From Turneriella sp. (GTDB taxonomy: Bacteria > Spirochaetota > Leptospiria > Turneriellales > Turneriellaceae): 64,000 nt of DNA. Of this stretch, positions 55,548 to 64,000 are shown in pieces. Below the pieces are notes generated by a model that was not told the DNA's origin, searched no databases, and saw only the letters and a program-made list of their open reading frames with translations. Every line of letters starts with the position of its first letter. The first letter of the stretch is position 1. Position numbers and translations under genes: made by a program. The stretch is taken from the NCBI GenBank assembly GCA_965279515.1, contig CBDIID010000003.1:3328001-3392000 (forward strand), read 5' to 3'.

Positions 55548-56693
55548 TTAGAAGTTCTGAGTTTTTTTCTTGAGTTGGCGCCGGTACTTTCCCGGGCTTA
55601 TGCCCGTCATGGCCTGGAAAACAAAATAGAAATAGGTATCGCTGTTGAAACCTGTTTCACGAGCGACGATTTGATTGTTCGCTTTTGGATCCGCGGCAAA
55701 GAGTCGCTGCGCTTCAACAATACGAAACTCGTTGAGGTAGGTCGTAAAACGCTTTTTTTCGACCTGGTTAAGGTAGGCGGAAAGTTGGTGTGGAGCGACC
55801 CCCACCTCCGCCGCGAGAACCGAAACGGTCAAATCACTTTTTTTATATATGGCATCTTGCCCCATGAGTATACGTAATTTTTCGGAAATTCTCTTGATAT
55901 CGGTATCCTTCAATGATACTCTTGCATCCGGATCACTTTGATCCGCCGTTCGGGTCCGCATGTTTCTCTCGTATAAGACCCAGGGAAATGCCTGGCCGAT
56001 CAGATACAGGAAAAAGATAAAAACACAGAAAATGAGACCGGCAATTGAAATCAGAGACACGGAACCGCTGAGAACCCCGTACATGCCGACCGACCTGGAG
56101 ATTAATCCGAAAACAAGAAGGACGCTCAAATAAAAGTAAAAATTGCGCCACATGCCTTCACGATCGAATGAACGCCAGAGGCGAATCAATCCCAGTAATA
56201 AGAAAATCATGGAATTTAGACTAAACAGGACATTGCTAATCTTGAAAACTGAAATCCCCAAAATCTGCGGCTCATGCCAATACAGATAACCTGAAGTAAC
56301 CATTATGCGAATAAGCTCGCTTTTTTCGACAGCCGGTAAGGTCCAAAAGGGCCAAAGAGGTATGGCATAGACGGCAATACATCCAATAATGACGAAGAGA
56401 TGACGCATTTCAAGAATGAAATGATCGTCGCAAAGACTGCACACGTAGAAGTAGCAGAGGCAACCTGCGGCAATGCCGGCAAGGTTGCCTGTAAGAAAGA
56501 GGTGACTGTAAGAAACTAAAGAAAGATCGAAAACCATCTTAATATAAACCAGAAGATATGCCATACAAAGATACATAAAAAACGCGGTACGGTTCTTGCT
56601 ATTCTTCAGGTGAAAAATCTGACCCATGGCAATCAGGAAGGCGCCGAAAGCAGATAGAAGAAACAGCACGGACAAATTGTCGGCAGAATTCAT
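55548..56693 (-). CDS. Membrane-bound AraC family regulator
   Basis: ~6-7 TM helices, then HQLSAYLN, FTTYLNEFRI, GFNS..FYFVF..TGISP. Confidence 0.88.
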   Translation of the reverse strand: MNSADNLSVLFLLSAFGAFLIAMGQIFHLKNSKNRTAFFMYLCMAYLLVYIKMVFDLSLVSYSHLFLTGNLAGIAAGCLCYFYVCSLCDDHFILEMRHLFVIIGCIAVYAIPLWPFWTLPAVEKSELIRIMVTSGYLYWHEPQILGISVFKISNVLFSLNSMIFLLLGLIRLWRSFDREGMWRNFYFYLSVLLVFGLISRSVGMYGVLSGSVSLISIAGLIFCVFIFFLYLIGQAFPWVLYERNMRTRTADQSDPDARVSLKDTDIKRISEKLRILMGQDAIYKKSDLTVSVLAAEVGVAPHQLSAYLNQVEKKRFTTYLNEFRIVEAQRLFAADPKANNQIVARETGFNSDTYFYFVFQAMTGISPGKYRRQLKKKTQNF

Positions 56694-56810
56694 AGAGAGT
56701 TCTTCCAAAGGATGTGTGATTCTGTAAATGATTTCATCGTGCTTTTCCCGCTGAGGGTCTGTGCGCCGCGAAATCCATTGATCGCCTGTTAGGGCGGGCG
56801 AAGACGGGTA

Positions 56811-57713
56811 ATGGACCTCAAGGGAAAAAATATCGCCGTCACCGGCGCGACCGGCATGATCGGCGTCTACATCTGCCGTGCGCTCTTGCAGCGCGGCGCG
56901 CATGTTGTTGGCGTGGTGCGTAATCCTGACAAAGCGCCGTTTCTTAAAAATGAAGGTGTCGAATTCCGCAAGGCCGACCTCATGGATTCAGCTTCGCTTG
57001 AGCGCGCCTTCATCGGCTGCGACGCCGTGGTTTCGAACGCGGCGCTCTACAAGGTTACGAATATGAATTGGGAGGATAACTACCGTCCCAACAAGATCGG
57101 CACTGAAAATGTTTTCAACGCCGCCGCAAAAAATGGCATTAAACGCATCGTGCATATATCGAGCGTCGCAGTTTACCAGTTCACCATCTTCGGTGAGATC
57201 GACGAGACATCTGCGCAGGTGAACGGCGAAGCGCGCGAGGGTGGCGCCTACCGGGCGACCAAACAACTCAGCGAAGATCTGGCATGGAAGCTCGCGACGC
57301 AGAATGGCATTAGCCTGACGACGCTGCGCCCCTCGGGTGTCTATGGCGCGCGCGATTCGAATATTATGCCTTATTTCAAATGGGCGATGAAGCTGCCCTT
57401 TCTGCCGATACCCGGGCTCAGTTGGCCGCTCGTCTATGCAGGCGATGTTGCCGACGCGGTGGTTGCTTCTTTAGAAAACGATTCATCGGGCGGCTCGGCC
57501 TACAACACCACGGGCGATGGCCGTGATTTTGCCGATTTTCTCTCCGCGTGGCAAGAGGCCGCGGGCAAGGGCGCGCGTGTCTTTAAGATTCCCGTCGGCC
57601 TTGGCGTGAAATTCAGTTTTACCAAAGCCGCGCGCGATCTCGGTTTTCGCAACAAACCCTTCGTCGAAGCGCTCGGCGAAATCTTTGCCGAAGAGCCCGA
57701 ACTCGTCGGCTGA
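56811..57713 (+). CDS. NAD-dependent epimerase/dehydratase (extended SDR)
   Basis: TGATGMIG, ISSVAVY, YRATK, LRPSGVYG. Confidence 0.9.
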   Translation: MDLKGKNIAVTGATGMIGVYICRALLQRGAHVVGVVRNPDKAPFLKNEGVEFRKADLMDSASLERAFIGCDAVVSNAALYKVTNMNWEDNYRPNKIGTENVFNAAAKNGIKRIVHISSVAVYQFTIFGEIDETSAQVNGEAREGGAYRATKQLSEDLAWKLATQNGISLTTLRPSGVYGARDSNIMPYFKWAMKLPFLPIPGLSWPLVYAGDVADAVVASLENDSSGGSAYNTTGDGRDFADFLSAWQEAAGKGARVFKIPVGLGVKFSFTKAARDLGFRNKPFVEALGEIFAEEPELVG

Positions 57714-57715
57714 TT

Positions 57716-58384
57716 TTGAAACAGAATAGGGGCTTGTATATTGCGGGCGCCGTCGCCGCCCTGGTTATCGTTCTCATCATTCCTGTTCAAATATTTATTT
57801 TTATAACCTGGCCACCGCCCGCCGGCGTCGCCGATTTTTTTGCGTTATTTGAGCGGAATTGGCTTCTGGGGCTCTTGAGCCTTGACCTGTTATATATTTT
57901 TAATAACATCTTTCTGGTCCTGGTTTATCTGGCACTCTACGCCGCCTTGAGGCCGAACCATGCCTCAGCGGCATTGATTGCACTCGCGCTGGGCCTTATT
58001 GGTATCGCGGCTTATTATTCTTCAGCAGTGGCCTTCGAGGTGTTATCGCTGAGCCAGCAATACGCCGCCACGACCAGCGCCGACCTCAAAATTCAGTATC
58101 TCGCTGCCGGTCGCGTGATGCTCGAGGTCTATAAAGGTACAGCCTTCAACGTGTATTACGTTCTGAACGCCGTTGCCCTGATTATTTTCGCCGCCGCCAT
58201 GCTGCGCGGTACGGTTTTCAGCCGGCCAACCGCGGTTTGGGGATTATTTTCGGGAATTCTCATGCTCGTGCCGACAACAGCCGGAAAGGTCGGCCTCATT
58301 CTCGGCATCGCCTCGCTCTTGCCATGGACGGTATTTTCTGTGTTGGTTGCGTTGAGACTTTTTCGCTTAAGCCGCCAATTCTAA
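57716..58384 (+). CDS. Multi-pass membrane protein (DUF4386-like)
   Basis: About six TM helices; TTG start two bases after the upstream stop. Confidence 0.6.
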   Translation: MKQNRGLYIAGAVAALVIVLIIPVQIFIFITWPPPAGVADFFALFERNWLLGLLSLDLLYIFNNIFLVLVYLALYAALRPNHASAALIALALGLIGIAAYYSSAVAFEVLSLSQQYAATTSADLKIQYLAAGRVMLEVYKGTAFNVYYVLNAVALIIFAAAMLRGTVFSRPTAVWGLFSGILMLVPTTAGKVGLILGIASLLPWTVFSVLVALRLFRLSRQF

Positions 58385-58385
58385 T

Positions 58386-60620
58386 TTAAGGCAGCACGCC
58401 CAAATTCACGGAATCAAAAAAAAGCAGATCGGTAGAGGCTCCCGTGCCACTGACATAATTCGCCCGCAGCGAAACCCCGGCATACATAGCGTCGTCCGGC
58501 ACATCGCTTGCGGTGCGGGTATATTCGGCGTACTCCCAGGTGTCAGGGCTGGTCAGGCTAAATCCGGTCTGCGCGTGCGAGGCGGTCGAAGCGGCCTGGG
58601 TGCAGGCAGCGTCTTTAAAATAATATACCTTGAGCGCCGTGCGGGTGCGCGTTACAGCGGCGGGGGTTCTCAGCCAGGCATTGGCCCTGAGGCCCGACAA
58701 GGGATTGATCGCCATGCAGCTCGAACGCACCTCGCGTCCGCTGATTGCCGACGTCAGTGTAGAAAAGGCGGCGACGTTGGTGCCGTTCTGTGCCGTTACA
58801 GTACCCTTCGATGACTGAAAAATACCTGACGTCAATACCTGCCAACCCACCGGGGGATTCCCGGTATTCGATTCGAAAGAGGGATTCGTGATGCCGGCGA
58901 CGGGCGGCGCAGGCGGCGAACCGGGTACAGAAACCAGAATGTCGTCAAATTGAATTGTATCTGAAGATGCTCCGACGCCGCTGACATATTGCGCGCGTAT
59001 CGAGACATAGGCAAAGCGCACATCGTCGGGAATGTCTGACGCAGCGCGGTTGTATTCGCGCTTCTCCCACGTCGAAACGGCAGACAGCGACGCCGCAGTC
59101 TGCGCTTCGGATGTCAGCGATGCAGGCATGCCGCAAGCAGCGTCGGTGAAATAAGATATTTTGAGACCTACCTTGGTATTCGCCACCGGCTTACTTGTCC
59201 TCACATAACCCGAAAAATTGAGCGCTTTTTGCGGATCGACAGCAAAGCACGACGACCGCGCTTCCCGGCCCGAGAGCGCCGTGGTGAGCGTCGCAAACTG
59301 CGCGTAATTATTCCCCGTTTGTGCATTCACAGAATTCGCAGCCGAAAGCGCACCGGCTGTCTGGAGAATCCAATCGGCAGGCGGTGAGTTCAAGTCGGCT
59401 TCAAACGAACCGTTCTTGATGAGGTTCTGCGGATTATCCGGCGTCACATAATAGGTGAGGCTGAGATCGTAATCTCCCGCGGCATAACCCACGAGCATGA
59501 CATAAACTTTTTCAACACCGGCAGGCGCCGTGATGTCACAGACTTCTGCTTTGCCGGTGTGGAGGTAGGGGCGGCATGTATATGTCGAAGTCGTGGGTGC
59601 GGATGTCCAGCGCACATACATATCGATGTCGCCCGTAAGCGCGAGGTTTGCCACGAAGCGTTTCAGCTGGACTACGTTGAGCGGACCCAAGACGGTCCTC
59701 TCACCCTGGGCAAGATATCCCGAAAAAGTCTGGATTGTCTCGTTGGCTGCGGGTGGCACCGGTAAAGGCGTGCCTGGCGCGCCATAGAGATTCGCGATGC
59801 CTTCTTTGTCGTAGGCGGTCAGGTCGAGCGCATCGCCGACACCGTTACAGAAAGGATACATCATGACCGACTGGTTGTCGTAGGGTGTCAGGGCACGAAA
59901 ATCCAAATCTTCTGCGCAGCTCATGTCGCCGTTCTGCGGACGGATGTGTTCGTGGCGAAAGCCGAGTGTGTGGCCGAGTTCGTGCCGCAAAATACCTTCG
60001 AGCGTATTGTGCGGATCGTTACCAAAGGAGAGCGGCCAGACGACCAGGCTGCGGTTGGGCCGCGAGTCGGATGGAAAAAATGCGCGCGCGTAGGTGTCAG
60101 AATTCGTGTCGTTCAGGTAGGTGACGTTGAAGAGTACATTGTTGTTGGTCGTGGTGCAATCCGCATCCTGCGACGGTTCGTAGATGAACTTCACATCGCC
60201 GGCGGCTCCCCAGGCCGAGGTTGCAACCGCCATCGCCGTTACCATGCGCGATTTTTTTGTCCCGAAATTATCAGAGATGCAGTAGGTTAGGTTACGCCGC
60301 TGATTGAAGCTCCACGCGCTGTCATAACCGGCGGTATGGCTGACCGCAAGTTCGGCTGAGATCACTTTGGTAATGTTTTTGTTATAGTACTCGAGGAGTA
60401 ATTTTTCGTTCGCGATACCGAGATCGCGTTCGACGACGTATGCACCGTCTTCACCCGGTTCTTTATAGAGGCGGGATTTCCATGCGTTAAATGTCGGCGC
60501 GCCCGTGACCTGCAACGGCTGGCCGGCATAGCTGTCAGGAGCGTTACCCGCGACGCAGTGCGCGAGGCTCAACACAGTGAAAATGAGGAACCATTTCACA
60601 ACGTAAAAATTTTTCCCCAT
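58386..60620 (-). CDS. Secreted metzincin protease (M57/matrixin-like) with PPC and two CBM-like domains
   Basis: LAHC lipobox; ARAFFP, HELGHTLGFRHEH, Met-turn SVMMY; GDIDMYV..YTCRPY; NGSFE and NPSFE duplicated domains. Confidence 0.85.
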   Translation of the reverse strand: MGKNFYVVKWFLIFTVLSLAHCVAGNAPDSYAGQPLQVTGAPTFNAWKSRLYKEPGEDGAYVVERDLGIANEKLLLEYYNKNITKVISAELAVSHTAGYDSAWSFNQRRNLTYCISDNFGTKKSRMVTAMAVATSAWGAAGDVKFIYEPSQDADCTTTNNNVLFNVTYLNDTNSDTYARAFFPSDSRPNRSLVVWPLSFGNDPHNTLEGILRHELGHTLGFRHEHIRPQNGDMSCAEDLDFRALTPYDNQSVMMYPFCNGVGDALDLTAYDKEGIANLYGAPGTPLPVPPAANETIQTFSGYLAQGERTVLGPLNVVQLKRFVANLALTGDIDMYVRWTSAPTTSTYTCRPYLHTGKAEVCDITAPAGVEKVYVMLVGYAAGDYDLSLTYYVTPDNPQNLIKNGSFEADLNSPPADWILQTAGALSAANSVNAQTGNNYAQFATLTTALSGREARSSCFAVDPQKALNFSGYVRTSKPVANTKVGLKISYFTDAACGMPASLTSEAQTAASLSAVSTWEKREYNRAASDIPDDVRFAYVSIRAQYVSGVGASSDTIQFDDILVSVPGSPPAPPVAGITNPSFESNTGNPPVGWQVLTSGIFQSSKGTVTAQNGTNVAAFSTLTSAISGREVRSSCMAINPLSGLRANAWLRTPAAVTRTRTALKVYYFKDAACTQAASTASHAQTGFSLTSPDTWEYAEYTRTASDVPDDAMYAGVSLRANYVSGTGASTDLLFFDSVNLGVLP

Positions 60621-60741
60621 CCAGCAGGCCGTACCGGCATCTCTCAGCCGTAAAGTGGTTTTGGATAGTTTCGGGTCAGGGCACTCAAGCTGCTGTCTAT
60701 TTTCGGTTTACTTTCGGTGCACAGCGGCTCCATTGCCCGGT

Positions 60742-61770
60742 ATGGCCGGCACGTTTAAACCTCGCCTGAAAACAGCGATTAAACGCCCGTTCGCGCATTA
60801 CATTATCATCCTCGGTTATGTTATCGCCCCTGCCATCAATATCCTGCTCTATGCGCAGGCCTATCGCATTACGTTTTCGGCGCTGGTGCAGAATTTTTTC
60901 ATCATCTTCGGCAGCTTCAGCGGGGTGCTGCTCATTGCCGAGCCGCTCGTCGGATTCAGTCTTTTCTTTATCCATCGTTTCAGTTGGTATATCTTTATCT
61001 GCCACAGCGTTCTCTTGCTTTCGGATAATCTGTACAAACTCTTCAAAGCCGGGGGCAGCGGTATCTACCCGTGGTCTGTGCTCGCGGGAAGCGCCATTTG
61101 GGTTGCAGCGATCGCCTATGTGCTGCGCAAAGATTTTCGCGCACCTTACTTTCAGGCGCTGCCGCGCAGCTGGCGCGAAAAGCGGCGTGTGCCGATTCAC
61201 CACTACATCTGGTTTGCCGGCGAAGAGAAAGAAATTGCGGATTTTTCAGCGAGCGGCTGCTTTGTTTCCGATGCAACGCTTGATTTAAGGTTAGGTGAGC
61301 GCGTGCCGGTGCGTCTTAGCCTCGAAAAAAAAGATATCGATTTTTCCTGCGACGGCGAGGTCGTTCGTATCACAGAGACGGGGCTCGGCATCCGTTTTGT
61401 CGATGTACCACGCCGCGACCAAAAACGCCTCAACCGCTTCTTCAGAAACAAATTCCCCCTGCGTTATGCTGTTCAGCTCGGCGCTATCTGGCAGGGCGCG
61501 TCGGCGGTCGCCGTGCTGGCGAAGACGGTCGACATGTCGCGCGACGGCTGCTTCATCGCCGGCGACATCGGTAAATTTACCGTCGGTGAGAAAGGCACAT
61601 TGCAGCTGAGAATCGCCGAAGATGACTTCATTCTCGAGGGTAAAATTATCTGGATCAACGAGGGCAGGTTCATCAAGCCCTTAGGCGCGGGCATACAATT
61701 TAACGCACCGCAGCGTCGCCTGATGCGCAAGCTGCATGTGGCGCATGTCGATTTGCCACTAACGCGGTGA
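60742..61770 (+). CDS. Membrane protein with two PilZ domains
   Basis: Four TM helices; REKRR..DFSASG and a second DMSRDG; GLGIRF and GAGIQF. Confidence 0.8.
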   Translation: MAGTFKPRLKTAIKRPFAHYIIILGYVIAPAINILLYAQAYRITFSALVQNFFIIFGSFSGVLLIAEPLVGFSLFFIHRFSWYIFICHSVLLLSDNLYKLFKAGGSGIYPWSVLAGSAIWVAAIAYVLRKDFRAPYFQALPRSWREKRRVPIHHYIWFAGEEKEIADFSASGCFVSDATLDLRLGERVPVRLSLEKKDIDFSCDGEVVRITETGLGIRFVDVPRRDQKRLNRFFRNKFPLRYAVQLGAIWQGASAVAVLAKTVDMSRDGCFIAGDIGKFTVGEKGTLQLRIAEDDFILEGKIIWINEGRFIKPLGAGIQFNAPQRRLMRKLHVAHVDLPLTR

Positions 61771-61823
61771 CTTGCCGAGACTTTCTTAATTATTGAAAGT
61801 TGTTCGCGCCGATTTTCGACGTT

Positions 61824-62849
61824 TTACCTGGCGGGCTCTATCTCCAAACTCCTGGCCAGACCCTCTGCCTTTGCAGGGGTATTCAGCGTTTTTATGAAAT
61901 CTTCCGTTTTCAAATTGTTCGCCTTGCTTTTAAATAGGAGTGTCTTAAACGGAAACTCATTTGCCTCTTCATTAAAGGAATCCGGAAACTTTTCCCGTAA
62001 CTGTTGAGCCAATTGATCGATACGGCTTTTCATTTCAGGAAACAGGTTCTCCAGCATGCGGATGCGGTTTTCAATCGCAGATAGATACTCTCTGACAGCG
62101 GCATCTTCAACGTAGCTAAGCTTCGCTAATTGCTTACGGATGGCGGTAAACTCCATGTTGTTCCAGTCTTTGGCATCCAGTACGGGAATTTGCCAGCGCC
62201 TCTGTTCTTCTTTCCAGTAATCTTTTTTCGCTTTTACCTGATGGATAATGAATCCGGGTAATTCCAGGGCGGTCAGATAGTCGCCATGGCAACATCCTGT
62301 GTCGATGCCCCAGGTGTTATTCTTCAGCTCCGGCTTCTCCCCGACAACACGGTGTCCGTAGATGATGGGCTTGGAGCCCCGGTAATGGTCGGTCCAAAAA
62401 GTTCCTTGTGCGTACTTGTTTTCTAAGACCCGCTCTCCCGCGGTCGAGCCGCACAAGACGGGCTGCTTTTGTTCTGTCAAAGTCTTATCGTGCTCAAAAG
62501 CTGCATGGACGATAATCACCTCGTCCGTTTCATCGTAATAATCCAGCGTCGAGAGCCATTTCAGAAATTCAGGATACTCGTTCCCGAATTGAATTCTGAC
62601 AATTTCCTGTGCGTAGCTCAGCACATGATTCAGGTGCTTGCGTTCGTGGTTGCCCATCAGTACTTTTGAATTTTTTCTGTCCCGGAAAAATTCAAATACC
62701 TCTTTCGACTTATTGCCCCGATCCACAATGTCGCCGACAGAAATAATCCGATCCTGTTCGGCGACATTTGCCTGTTGCAGTAGCTCCATGAGTTCGTCAT
62801 AGCAGCCGTGAATATCGCCGATGACAAAAATCCGTTCTTTAAATGTCAT
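61824..62849 (-). CDS. Metallophosphoesterase (PPP/ApaH-like)
   Basis: GDIHG, GDIVDRG, GNHE, VH, YGH, IDTGC. Confidence 0.9.
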   Translation of the reverse strand: MTFKERIFVIGDIHGCYDELMELLQQANVAEQDRIISVGDIVDRGNKSKEVFEFFRDRKNSKVLMGNHERKHLNHVLSYAQEIVRIQFGNEYPEFLKWLSTLDYYDETDEVIIVHAAFEHDKTLTEQKQPVLCGSTAGERVLENKYAQGTFWTDHYRGSKPIIYGHRVVGEKPELKNNTWGIDTGCCHGDYLTALELPGFIIHQVKAKKDYWKEEQRRWQIPVLDAKDWNNMEFTAIRKQLAKLSYVEDAAVREYLSAIENRIRMLENLFPEMKSRIDQLAQQLREKFPDSFNEEANEFPFKTLLFKSKANNLKTEDFIKTLNTPAKAEGLARSLEIEPAR

Positions 62850-62892
62850 ACTCTCAAAAAATCACGGCAGGCGCAGCCGGTTGACTGACACA

Positions 62893-63558
62893 CTACACCG
62901 TCATATTCATAATCCACGCATTGCTATGGGTATGATTGCCCGGCGCGGCATTTTCAGCGACCTGGAGCATATAAGATGCCAGCCGCGGCGCAGGCGTTGG
63001 TTGAATGGCGTTGAGGCCCGGCAGTTTAAAGACCGGCCCTAAGAGTTTCGCCGCTACCGCCGCGGCACTTTCGCCCGGGCGGTGCTCTGCGCGTTCGCCG
63101 ATTAAGAGTGATGGCCGGTAGATATGCAGGGACGGAAGATTCAGCGATTGCAATTTCTCTTCCAGCTCGCCTTTAACGCGGCTGTAAAAAATTCCCGATT
63201 TCGCGGATGCCCCATGCGCGGTGACTACATGCAACGAGGTAGCTCCGGCCTTGTGCGTCTCTTCGGCGAAGTGCAGCACAAAGTCATAATCTACCTGGCG
63301 GAAGGCAGCTTCGCTGCCCGCCTTTTTAATCGTGGTGCCCAGCGTGCAGATGGCGATGAGGTTCTCAGGATGGTGGCTGCCCCAATCGATCGGCGCCATA
63401 AAATCATGGTTGATGAAGACGACATTCTTTACATCGGTTTCGGGTGCTCTGCGCCCGAGGCAAAAGATGCGGCCGGTTCCGCTTTTATTCCCGAGTTGTT
63501 TCAGAATTTCAGCGCCGACGAGCCCGGTGGCCCCGGCGAGAATATAATCGTGTGGCAT
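62893..63558 (-). CDS. NAD(P)H-binding oxidoreductase (TIP30/YraR-like)
   Basis: GATGLVG, LGTTIKKAGS..AFRQVDY, FYSRVKG, RPSLLIG. Confidence 0.9.
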   Translation of the reverse strand: MPHDYILAGATGLVGAEILKQLGNKSGTGRIFCLGRRAPETDVKNVVFINHDFMAPIDWGSHHPENLIAICTLGTTIKKAGSEAAFRQVDYDFVLHFAEETHKAGATSLHVVTAHGASAKSGIFYSRVKGELEEKLQSLNLPSLHIYRPSLLIGERAEHRPGESAAAVAAKLLGPVFKLPGLNAIQPTPAPRLASYMLQVAENAAPGNHTHSNAWIMNMTV

Positions 63559-63672
63559 AGTGATTTCATGTCTGATGGGCCGCGATGATTTGCCTGTAAA
63601 GCGAATTTGCAGGGCCGCAATAATCCTCTGAAATCGCTTGTAGACCCTGGAAAATTTCCGGACGGGGAATAC

Positions 63673-64000
63673 ATGCGCCGCTTATTATTTCTGACCCTAC
63701 TCTTCTTTTCCGCAGTTGAGGCGGTGCCGAAGATCGGCAAATGCGAAGTCTTCCCTGCGGATAATATCTGGAATACCCCGATCGACCGCGCGCCGGTGCA
63801 TGCGCGTTCGGCCGACTATGTGCGCAGCATCGGCGCGCAGAAAAAGCTCAAGGCCGACTTCGGCGCAGGCCTTTGGGAAGGCGGCCCGATTGGCATTCCC
63901 TATACGTTGAAAACCGGCCCCGCGGCGCGCGTGGCGTTCGAATATAAAGAAGAAAGTGACGCGGGGCCTTATCCGATTCCCGCAAACCCACCGATCGAGG
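63673..64000 (+). CDS. 3'-truncated secreted hypothetical protein
   Basis: MRRLLFLTLLFFSAVEA signal, then FPADNIWNTPID..GIPY..ESDAGPYPIP; frame open to the window end. Confidence 0.7.
   Translation, partial: MRRLLFLTLLFFSAVEAVPKIGKCEVFPADNIWNTPIDRAPVHARSADYVRSIGAQKKLKADFGAGLWEGGPIGIPYTLKTGPAARVAFEYKEESDAGPYPIPANPPIE

Larger units (their letters stand above)
51710..56782. mobile_element. Integrase-free inserted cassette bounded by 17-bp direct repeats
   Basis: CCGCGAAATCCATTGAT at 51710-51726 (P450 3' end) and 56766-56782; all internal genes are on the opposite strand to the flanking operon. Confidence 0.6.

Noticed and set aside
56727..56795. Integron attC-like hairpin at the cassette boundary
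   Set aside because: No matching RYYYAAC/GTTRRRY pair and no integrase

Overview
A gene-dense, moderately GC-rich bacterial chromosome segment. The gene content (SH3, NHL and LamG lipoproteins, membrane-bound AraC, TolB-like/TPR protein, class III cyclase) suggests a free-living Leptospiraceae-type spirochete, possibly Turneriella-like; this is inference only. Housekeeping genes are recF, dnaN, truA, tgt, thrS, uvrC and feoAB, mixed with many accessory envelope, lipid-oxidation and regulatory genes. I found no rRNA, tRNA, CRISPR array, integrase or transposase. Main observations: (1) a translationally coupled operon of ECF sigma factor, membrane anti-sigma and exported caspase-like protease with a probable outer-membrane beta-barrel tail, beside a secreted Zn-phospholipase C/P1-nuclease-like gene and an NHL lipoprotein, which is a candidate protease-gated envelope signalling system; (2) a ~5 kb integrase-free cassette bounded by a 17-bp direct repeat of the P450 gene 3' end, carrying a membrane AraC, three six-bladed NHL propeller lipoproteins that vary mainly at two loops, and a single-blade lipoprotein; (3) at least three families of short palindromic repeats that occur between genes and also in frame inside or at the ends of genes (recF, feoB twice, a DUF4139 gene, thrS, a BVMO, a glycoside hydrolase); (4) a ~140-nt nested hairpin upstream of a dnaN-recF pair that has no adjacent dnaA. 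All family assignments come from motif recognition by eye and need HMM/BLAST confirmation.
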